33,330 nt of DNA from a virus (taxonomy: Duplodnaviria; Caudoviricetes): positions 1-33,330 of IMG/VR virus record IMGVR_UViG_3300027886_000010. One strand, written 5' to 3'. Made by a program: the position numbers and the translations under genes. The notes under the pieces are model-generated. The model worked only from the letters and a program-made list of their open reading frames with translations. It made no database searches and was not told where the DNA came from. Position 1 is the stretch's first letter. Each line of letters begins with the position of its first letter. Below are positions 26,844 through 33,330 of this stretch, one piece after another.

Positions 26844-26874
26844 ACGATCAAGTATGACACCATCCTAGGACGAT

Positions 26875-27882
26875 TCAGTCCTCCGGCTTCGCAACATCGT
26901 CCAACGCCGGATCATTACCCGGCACAATGTACGTCGTCGGCATGTCCTTGCGAGGCAGCAGGGACGGGAACGCCTTCGACGTCTTGTTGAACGCGTTGCG
27001 GGCCACAAAGTTCTCCTGACCCATCAACCACGCGTTCGCCGCCGCGATCAGCACCGCCAGCTGCTCCAAGCCGTCCCACTTGTACGGCCTCGGCTTCTGA
27101 CGCGCCAGCATCGCGATGAACTCGCGCACCTTCAACCTGGCGTCGTCGGTGGACATGTCCGCACCCGAACGCAGCCCCGTGAACAGTGCCTGCGCCCGGA
27201 ACGTGCCATATTCACGCTGCACCAGATAGAACAGCACCGCACCGACATGCGGCATCACCAGGCCCTTGGTGTCGCGGGCCACCGTCAACGCGAAACGCAG
27301 CCCAGGGTGCTTCTCCAGATACTCCGACTGCGTCACCGACGTCAGCTTCACCGCACGCCAGATCGGAATGGACTGGAACGGGCGCATCTCCAGCACCGCG
27401 TACAGCATCCGCAGCGCGTTGGACAGTGGAGTCGCGTTGACCTCGCCTTCCATGCTCAGGTAGTCCGCTGGCAGCCGGCGCTTGCCCTGGTCGAAGAACA
27501 TCTTCGCCGCCCTCGGCGACTTGAAGCACAGCACAAACGGAACAGTCAGCTCCGGTTTGGTCTGCGAGGCCAGAACCAGGGCCTTGAGCCGCTGCTGCCC
27601 GTCGATCATTTCGACGATGCCGTTCTCGTCGGCCTCGGAAAACACGATGGCGTGCGGGTTGAGGTACCAGTCGCCGGACAGCTGCACCAGCGAATACTCC
27701 TTCACCGTTTTCGGTGAGGCCTTGCGGTTGGTGGCCGTGGTGCCCTTCTCGGGTTCCCGGTTGTACAGCAGCAGATCCCTGGCCTGCTCGCCGTTGAGGA
27801 GCACCGGAACGTAGAACATGTCCATCGGGATGATGGAATCTTTGACGATCGAAAACGGATCATCGATCTTGGGGTCGATCAC
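26875..27882 (-). CDS. ParB-N/DGQHR-like domain protein
   Basis: NRK...VKEY...GDW, IDGQQRLKA and DQGKRR...D motifs. SD AGGAGAG. Confidence 0.7.
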   Translation of the reverse strand: MIDPKIDDPFSIVKDSIIPMDMFYVPVLLNGEQARDLLLYNREPEKGTTATNRKASPKTVKEYSLVQLSGDWYLNPHAIVFSEADENGIVEMIDGQQRLKALVLASQTKPELTVPFVLCFKSPRAAKMFFDQGKRRLPADYLSMEGEVNATPLSNALRMLYAVLEMRPFQSIPIWRAVKLTSVTQSEYLEKHPGLRFALTVARDTKGLVMPHVGAVLFYLVQREYGTFRAQALFTGLRSGADMSTDDARLKVREFIAMLARQKPRPYKWDGLEQLAVLIAAANAWLMGQENFVARNAFNKTSKAFPSLLPRKDMPTTYIVPGNDPALDDVAKPED

Positions 27883-27906
27883 TTTCTCTCCTCTGCAGAA
27901 TTTTTG

Positions 27907-28434
27907 TCAGGCAGGCAGAACGAGCCCTGCCCCTGAGCCGGCATTTATCAGCCGCAGCGAACGGCCACGATAGGCGGCGTGGACATCGGGCATTTCCTTA
28001 CGGAACCTGGCCTCGTCGAACTCGGGCTTGGTGACCATGCGGGTATACTTGGCCACAATGTGCGGCTGTTCCTCTTCGAGCTTTTTCAATGCCAGCTTCG
28101 TGTCACGGCGAAACTTCGCCACAGGAACATCGTTCATCACCAGCAGCGACGCGTTGTTGACCACACCGGGCAGCAGAATTTTGAACTGCTTCATGAACCC
28201 AGTGGAGTCTGCGGCGAAGCTGTGGTGTTTCAAAAATTCACCGAAGTGCAGCTTGAGCTGCTTCATGTCGTAAACGACTTCAGGGGTTTCAGGTTCGGGC
28301 TCATAGGGCTCCACCCGCGAGTCCACTTTGGACATGGGCATTTCGGCCAGCTCCATGGCCAGGTCAGGATCTTTGACGTCCAGCTGGGGGATGGTGGGGA
28401 TCCTGCGCCTGTCAGTTATCAGGTAGCCGCTCAA
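27907..28434 (-). CDS. Hypothetical protein
   Basis: TTGA overlap with the upstream stop, SD GGAGG. Confidence 0.7.
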   Translation of the reverse strand: MSGYLITDRRRIPTIPQLDVKDPDLAMELAEMPMSKVDSRVEPYEPEPETPEVVYDMKQLKLHFGEFLKHHSFAADSTGFMKQFKILLPGVVNNASLLVMNDVPVAKFRRDTKLALKKLEEEQPHIVAKYTRMVTKPEFDEARFRKEMPDVHAAYRGRSLRLINAGSGAGLVLPA

Positions 28435-28721
28435 CGGGTGTGGCCTCCTTGCGTGCGGGGTTGCACTCGGTACTGCTCCCAGTCAATGGGAAGTTCATCT
28501 TGATCAATTTCTGGTTTGGTGACGACGCGACGTTTCTGATTCTTGCTGCAGTCCGGGCACAGGAGCACCTCGTACTGCTGCCCCCCGATGGTGACACCTT
28601 CGCCGTAATGCCACCCCAGGACCCTCAGGAAGTCGATGGCCAGCTTCCTTCTGGCATATCCTGGCCCCAGCGTTCCACAGGTTTGGCAGACGCCGTTCCC
28701 GGCCTTGTCCCAGCAGGTCAT
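28431..28721 (-). CDS. Small Zn-binding-like protein
   Basis: CQTC and CPDC pairs. Confidence 0.65.
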   Translation of the reverse strand: MTCWDKAGNGVCQTCGTLGPGYARRKLAIDFLRVLGWHYGEGVTIGGQQYEVLLCPDCSKNQKRRVVTKPEIDQDELPIDWEQYRVQPRTQGGHTR

Positions 28722-28730
28722 AGACCCACG

Positions 28731-28952
28731 TTACGCGCCGTGGATGCCTTTGATTCGGTCGATCTGTTTGCCCAGACGGACCATGACTTCAGCTTGGCGC
28801 TCCACCCTGGCTTCCAGCTCCTCGATCCGCTTGGCCTGGTCCAGCAGCTGCGCACCGATAAGCAGCAGCACCTGTGCTGTTTGCACTGGGATGGTGTGAT
28901 CGTTGGCCGTGCGGCGCAGGATCTCGTCGATGCTTTCCCTGGGCTGGCTCAT
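28731..28952 (-). CDS. Small coiled-coil protein
   Basis: Start reassigned to ATG 28952 (ATGA overlap). Heptad pattern. Confidence 0.65.
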   Translation of the reverse strand: MSQPRESIDEILRRTANDHTIPVQTAQVLLLIGAQLLDQAKRIEELEARVERQAEVMVRLGKQIDRIKGIHGA

Positions 28953-29140
28953 GCAAACCGGTGCCTGCCCATGTAGTCTTCGCGGCGTATCAGCCGGCGC
29001 AACCGGTTGACGGCCCATGTCCTGACCGGCCGTGCCGGTTTCATGGTGGCCAGAATGGCGTCTTTGCACAGCCACAGCGCGGCCAGGATGGTGGCTGCTG
29101 CGATGACTGCGGCACCGCCTACCTCTTCCGTTTCGATCAT
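28949..29140 (-). CDS. Small membrane protein
   Basis: One TM helix and a basic tail. TTGCGT-17-TAAAAT, 7 nt, then ATG 29140. Confidence 0.65.
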   Translation of the reverse strand: MIETEEVGGAAVIAAATILAALWLCKDAILATMKPARPVRTWAVNRLRRLIRREDYMGRHRFA

Positions 29141-29288
29141 GAGGTCCATTTTAACCCACCCCTATGTCTTACGCAACCTTGCGCGTACTTCCCTTGACAT
29201 GTAGCTGGCTTGCTGGGATGCTTGCTCAATCCGAAGCACCCACCCGTATCTGCAAGCGCAGTCGGTGCGGACAGTGGCGAGAAGGAAC

Positions 29289-29327
29289 TGAAGCCCCGAA
29301 CCTGCCAGGAACAGGTTCGGGGCTTCA
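29289..29327. terminator. 16-bp perfect hairpin terminator
   Basis: TGAAGCCCCGAACCTG-7 nt-CAGGTTCGGGGCTTCA, 2 nt past the stop of 29330..29881. Confidence 0.85.
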
Positions 29328-29329
29328 AA

Positions 29330-29881
29330 CTAGTCAAACCGCCACTGCTGGCGCGTGAACACCCGCAGCCGCAGCCGCGTCCCCAACACCCGCGCATAAA
29401 ACATGGCCCGACCCAGCAGCGGATCCTGTGACTCCGACTCCCAATCAGACAGCGACGTCGTCGACATCGGCGCCATCAACGGCGCCACCACCGACAAATC
29501 CAGCCGATTACACATCCGCCACCGCCGCAACATCGCCACCAGCAGCAGCCGCTGCGAATGACGCGCCGCGAACGGCCGGCTCTGCCGGAACAGCAGCAAA
29601 AACTCCGGATCGGAATGGGAATAAAGCCAAAAATCGTCCAGCTCAAGCTCCACCCGCGCATTCAGCCCCGACGCCCACAACTGAACCGAAGAAAACAAAG
29701 GCGCCGTCCGGACACCTGTATAACGCTCCAGGCGCCCCACGAAATCGGCGTTACGACCTGCCTGGACAGACACCTGAGGTGGAGTCAAACCCATCCCCAG
29801 ACGCAACTGCACCAAACGGTCACGCAGCGTCTTCAGCTCCACCGCATCATCCGGATGCAGCGGATACGGTTTAGTCCCCAT
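29330..29881 (-). CDS. Tandem XRE-like HTH protein
   Basis: Two repeats: LVQLRLGMGLT..QVS...FVGRLE and LRRWR...LDLSVVA...SLSDWES. Confidence 0.7.
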   Translation of the reverse strand: MGTKPYPLHPDDAVELKTLRDRLVQLRLGMGLTPPQVSVQAGRNADFVGRLERYTGVRTAPLFSSVQLWASGLNARVELELDDFWLYSHSDPEFLLLFRQSRPFAARHSQRLLLVAMLRRWRMCNRLDLSVVAPLMAPMSTTSLSDWESESQDPLLGRAMFYARVLGTRLRLRVFTRQQWRFD

Positions 29882-30028
29882 CTATCCCTCTCTCCTCTTG
29901 ACGTGGCCGGCTCGCGCCATCCACCACCATGCCGCATATTTACGGCGACGCTGAGCCCGAAGCCAACGCCGCCGCAAACTGATCAACAACCAGCCACGGG
30001 CAACAGCCCGCAGCTCCCCGTCATCCAA
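29882..30028 (-). CDS. Small Arg/Trp-rich protein (48 aa)
   Basis: TTG behind GGAAGG. Stop abuts the next ATG. Confidence 0.5.
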   Translation of the reverse strand: MDDGELRAVARGWLLISLRRRWLRAQRRRKYAAWWWMARAGHVKRREG

Positions 30029-30167
30029 ACAGCACCTTCCACAGAAACGAGCCACCAAACGACGCCGCAGCAACCACCAGCAGCGCCAACCCCAGAAACG
30101 TGAAGAAGATAGCTGTCACCGCCAGCCTGCGACGCTGCCGGCGTATCTTCTGCGGCGTCGGTGTCAC
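30021..30167 (-). CDS. Small membrane protein (48 aa)
   Basis: Not in the track. GTGA overlap with the bldC-like stop. MTPTPQKIRRQRRRLAVTAIFFTFLGLALLVVAAASFGGSFLWKVLFG. Confidence 0.7.
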   Translation of the reverse strand: MTPTPQKIRRQRRRLAVTAIFFTFLGLALLVVAAASFGGSFLWKVLFG

Positions 30168-30376
30168 AGCTCATCCCGCAGCTTCGCCAGGACTTCCTTC
30201 GCCAGGTACCTTCGATGCCCGCCTACGGTTCGCTTTGCGGCCAGCTTTCCGGCCTGCGCCCACCTGGTCACCGTTTTCGGGTCCACCCGGAAAATCGCCG
30301 CCACCTCGTCCGGTTTCAGCAGATACGAGTCCGGCAGCGCCTCCAGCTGCGCCATCGTCATCGGCTCCTTCGGCAT
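30164..30376 (-). CDS. bldC: BldC-like MerR-family DNA-binding protein
   Basis: LLKPDEVAAIFRVDPKTVTRWAQAGKL...RTVGGHRRY closely matches the Streptomyces BldC core as I recall it. SD GGGAGG. Confidence 0.85.
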   Translation of the reverse strand: MPKEPMTMAQLEALPDSYLLKPDEVAAIFRVDPKTVTRWAQAGKLAAKRTVGGHRRYLAKEVLAKLRDEL

Positions 30377-30734
30377 CAGACGCCTCCCTTGCTCTCTTCA
30401 GCTCCAGCTCCATGCCGGCCAGATGCCACTGCCGCGACATGAACTCGGGCAGGTCCGGACCTTCGCCGTGTGCCTTGTGCCCAAGCGTGGCGATCAGCAG
30501 GTCGATCGGCGCGGACGCCAGCCACAGCGGCTCCATGTCTGCGACGGTGGGCAGGTCCTGCCACGGTGCGTTGTCGAATTCTGGCAGCCGCTGCGGCCAT
30601 GGTGCGTCGGCGAACTGCAGCGCCATTTCCTGTTCCAGCTGCTGAAAAATCAGCGGCTGCAGCAGATTATCATCCAACTGTCCGGACAAAGCGTCAACGC
30701 CCCTTGTGTCCGGTTCAACCATGATCGTTGTCAT
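30171..30734 (-). CDS. Hypothetical protein whose 3' third overlaps bldC-like
   Basis: SD GAGGAGGAG, ATGA coupling. No stop until 30171. Confidence 0.65.
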   Translation of the reverse strand: MTTIMVEPDTRGVDALSGQLDDNLLQPLIFQQLEQEMALQFADAPWPQRLPEFDNAPWQDLPTVADMEPLWLASAPIDLLIATLGHKAHGEGPDLPEFMSRQWHLAGMELELKRAREASDAEGADDDGAAGGAAGLVSAETGRGGGDFPGGPENGDQVGAGRKAGRKANRRRASKVPGEGSPGEAAG

Positions 30735-30961
30735 CTCTCCTCCTCATCAGGATCCCTGCCGAGCGTCACTGTCTCCCCATAGAAATCCAGCAACACCCCC
30801 AACTTGTCCATCTGCGGCCAATGCGACCCGCTGCCCCACTGCCACAGCGAAGCAGTGCTCAAACCGGTGGCCTGCGCCACCTGCCGATACGACAAACCGG
30901 AACGCTGGCGCAGCCGCTCCAAAAGCTGCGCCAGCTGCTCCCTGCTGGTGATGTGTTCCAT
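30731..30961 (-). CDS. XRE/Cro-like HTH regulator
   Basis: LERLRQRSGLSYRQVAQATGLSTASLWQWGSG..WP. Confidence 0.88.
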   Translation of the reverse strand: MEHITSREQLAQLLERLRQRSGLSYRQVAQATGLSTASLWQWGSGSHWPQMDKLGVLLDFYGETVTLGRDPDEEER

Positions 30962-31932
30962 CAGAGCAGCGGACTGCCGTACTGGTCGGTGGCGTTCATG
31001 GCGTTGACCGCGTCACGTGCCCGCTGCGCCATGTCGGAAAAGCTGGGCGCAGGATCACTTTTCGGCGCCTCGTCACGTACCCAGCCGTCACGCGCGATCT
31101 CCGCCATATCCACGAACAGCCCCAGCATCTGCAACTCCAACGCCGGCACGTCGTTGTCGCCGGCCAGCCAGATCAGATCTTCCCTGCTGCTGGCGCGGCT
31201 GCAACCCACCGCGAAGGTCAGCCCACCAGTGTGCCTGTCCCGGTACGCCGACAGCGGCCCCCATACAGTGGCCACCGACAGAACCTCGAAGCTGTTGCGC
31301 ACATGCCCGCCCCGGATCAGACAACACGACAAGCGCAGCGTCTCCGTCTCACTTGACGAGCTGATGGTGCTGTCCTCGATGCGCACACCAGACCCGATGC
31401 GTATGGAGGCCTCGCCGACAGTGGTGACCGTGCTGTCGGCAATGTAGGCGTCCCCCTCGATGCCGATGCTGCCGTGCCCCTGCTCGCAGATGATGGTGCC
31501 AGACATCACCGCTGCCGTGCCGCCGATGAGGACGTCGCCACGAACCACCGAACCGGCGCGGACTGTCGCATTGTGAACAACTCGCGCCCCACCGGTGACG
31601 GTGGAGCCTTCGTAGATCCAGCAGTCGCCCTCGGCGTGGAGCGCGCTAGGACCATCGACCAGGCCGCCACGTGTTCCAGCACGGATGTGGCTTATGTCAC
31701 GCAGCGCGTAGAGACGGTACAGGCCATCTTCGGGTTCCAGCCGGTACTTGCCGCTGACCGGCGCGACATCGTCGTCGTCGGTGACCTCTTTGCTGGTGAC
31801 GATGATTTCGCCGTCTTCCCGCTGGCTGATGTCCACCGTGTCCATGTCGACGACCTCGATCCTCACCAGGTACTGGCTGCCGTCGTCGTCGAGATCTTCG
31901 AAACGGTACTGCGCTTCTCCGAAGTCCTTCAT
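30961..31932 (-). CDS. Phage protein with hexapeptide (beta-helix-like) repeats
   Basis: YRLYALRDI..IRAGTRGGLV..EGDCWIY followed by V/I-periodic repeats. SD AAAGGAG. Confidence 0.7.
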   Translation of the reverse strand: MKDFGEAQYRFEDLDDDGSQYLVRIEVVDMDTVDISQREDGEIIVTSKEVTDDDDVAPVSGKYRLEPEDGLYRLYALRDISHIRAGTRGGLVDGPSALHAEGDCWIYEGSTVTGGARVVHNATVRAGSVVRGDVLIGGTAAVMSGTIICEQGHGSIGIEGDAYIADSTVTTVGEASIRIGSGVRIEDSTISSSSETETLRLSCCLIRGGHVRNSFEVLSVATVWGPLSAYRDRHTGGLTFAVGCSRASSREDLIWLAGDNDVPALELQMLGLFVDMAEIARDGWVRDEAPKSDPAPSFSDMAQRARDAVNAMNATDQYGSPLL

Positions 31933-31942
31933 CTTCTCTCCT

Positions 31943-32362
31943 TTATTTGATGATGTAGCCGGGAACGTCGAGGTCTACACCTAAGCCCACAGCTTCCAGG
32001 ATGCAGCCCACGGTGCCCGACTTGTCTTTCTTCCAGTTGATGCCCGGCTGCGGAAACGCCAGCAGCCGGTCGGCGACCTGATTGGGGTACAGGTCATTGA
32101 CGTTTTCCCCGCGCAGCATCTGCTTGTTGCGGACGGGCCCCCCGGAACGGTTCGGCAGGGACCAGTCCGCGTAGTAGACGATGAACTGGATACCCGTGCC
32201 TGGGACGAACAGCCGATCACGGATGATCTTGTCCACGCCGCGGCCACAGCAGCCCACCCGCACATACAAGTTGTACTGGTAGTCACGCATGTAGCCACGG
32301 AACCGGCTGAGGACAAACTCCACATCTGTCCACTCCCGCCACCCCGACACGGTGAGGATCAC
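31943..32362 (-). CDS. SLOG-superfamily (DUF2493/YspA-like) protein
   Basis: VSGWREWTD, GRGVD, ADW...GGPVRNKQML and LLAFP...SGT motifs. Confidence 0.8.
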   Translation of the reverse strand: MILTVSGWREWTDVEFVLSRFRGYMRDYQYNLYVRVGCCGRGVDKIIRDRLFVPGTGIQFIVYYADWSLPNRSGGPVRNKQMLRGENVNDLYPNQVADRLLAFPQPGINWKKDKSGTVGCILEAVGLGVDLDVPGYIIK

Positions 32363-32664
32363 TTCACCTGCTCCTCGTACCTGGTCACCTGCAGCCGCAG
32401 CCAGTGGACTACAGCCCGTTTCGTGTCCAGGGGTGTGGTGGGCATCCTGTACCCCACCGGCATCAGCTGCTTCACCGACGCCTCATCGATCAGGTCAGCT
32501 ATGTCATCCAGAGCCTGAGCGATGATGCCGGCCCGCAGCTGCGGATACAGCAGCAGGCCGGCGTCATCCAACGCAAGGACAACGTCTGTGCCCCGCTCCC
32601 GTGCCACCTTCAACACCCGGCGTGTCTGCTCGATGATCTGTTCGTCAGGCCTCGGCTGCGCCAT
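32359..32664 (-). CDS. Hypothetical protein
   Basis: ATG 32664 behind GGGAGG. GTGA coupling to the next gene. Confidence 0.65.
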   Translation of the reverse strand: MAQPRPDEQIIEQTRRVLKVARERGTDVVLALDDAGLLLYPQLRAGIIAQALDDIADLIDEASVKQLMPVGYRMPTTPLDTKRAVVHWLRLQVTRYEEQVK

Positions 32665-33211
32665 GTTCGGCCTCCCATTCGCCGCGCAGGAACGTGTACT
32701 GGAAACATTCACCGATCTGCGGCAGCGTCAACTTGTGCACGTCGTTGAGGGATGTAGCGGCCACCAGCTGGCCAGGGGTCCACTGTTCCATCAGTGTGTC
32801 ACTGGTTTCTGCGACACGGGCGGGTACCAGCAGCTGGGGGTCGTGACTGGTGAACCCGTACCAGGCGCGTGCCGTAGAGGGCAGTGACACTGTGCTCGGA
32901 GACCCCTCGTCACGACCGTAGGTGTAGTTGCCTAAAGGCTGCCGGCTGCAGCTCAAGTTGAGCCCGTCACGGATCGCCACTTCGCAGGCGACACCGAGGC
33001 AGCAGAAGCCGCCCTTGTCCTTGCTGGCACCTCTGCGCAGTGTCCCGGTGGTTTGCGAGTACTTGCCGCTTTTCAGTGCGGATACCAACGCGCGGCGACG
33101 CTGATCTTGAAGTTCCATTTCGGCGGCTGCTTGTTCCAGCCGCTTCTGGGCGTGGGCTTCCATCGCCTCGTCCAGCTCAGCTCCAAAGTTCTGCTTTCTT
33201 CCACCTTCCAT
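32645..33211 (-). CDS. Conserved phage hypothetical protein
   Basis: ALKSGKYSQTTGTL...FCCLGVAC...LND..LTLPQI pattern. Start set by the leaderless promoter. Confidence 0.7.
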   Translation of the reverse strand: MEGGRKQNFGAELDEAMEAHAQKRLEQAAAEMELQDQRRRALVSALKSGKYSQTTGTLRRGASKDKGGFCCLGVACEVAIRDGLNLSCSRQPLGNYTYGRDEGSPSTVSLPSTARAWYGFTSHDPQLLVPARVAETSDTLMEQWTPGQLVAATSLNDVHKLTLPQIGECFQYTFLRGEWEAEHGAAEA

Positions 33212-33246
33212 GTACCTCACTGTACCTCATTGTCCTTTTACGTCAA
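33212..33246 (-). promoter_or_regulatory. Near-consensus leaderless promoter with tandem repeat
   Basis: TTGACG-16-TACAGT, 7 nt, then ATG 33211. TGTACCTCA occurs at 33211 and 33221. Confidence 0.6.
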
Positions 33247-33330
33247 CCCGTGTACTTGTTCCCGGCCCAGTGTAGCCACGATGTAGTTTCTCAAAAACGT
33301 TCATCGATGGATTTTCCAATCCTACACTGG

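Noticed and set aside
29983-30174. 63-aa ORF MSCDTDAA...
   Set aside because: The alternative frame 30021..30167 gives a coherent basic-plus-TM protein coupled to the bldC-like stop.
1-33330. CRISPR arrays, tRNA/rRNA genes, IS elements, introns or inteins, and the many long antisense ORFs
   Set aside because: No spaced repeats, cloverleafs, transposase or splicing motifs were recognised by eye. Antisense ORFs are expected shadows in GC-rich coding DNA.

Overview
The whole window is an actinobacteriophage (siphovirus-like, roughly 63-65% GC by eye). The likely host is a filamentous actinomycete, inferred from a BldC homologue. No integrase, polymerase or host genes are visible, so prophage versus virion DNA cannot be decided. 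1323-23879 (+) is a virion morphogenesis arm: TerL, DUF1360-like membrane protein, portal, MuF, maturation protease, probable separate hexamer and pentamer capsid proteins, major tail, connectors, chaperones, a short tape measure, minor tail proteins and an endolysin. The holin module follows at 25256-25752. 26130-33211 (-) is an early/accessory arm with RusA, ParB-like, several HTH proteins, BldC-like, SLOG and beta-helix-like genes. The strongest candidate for an undescribed system is the translationally coupled operon at 1-1286 (-), divergent from terL: a DUF4417-like enzyme followed by at least two paralogous proteins that both start MGGRGG. Other signals read directly from the sequence: about a dozen leaderless-type promoters, two shared promoter motifs, repeated hydrophobic-x-A-[S/A] putative cleavage sites in head proteins, and several small ORFs missing from the ORF track. 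All family assignments come from motif recognition, not from database searches.
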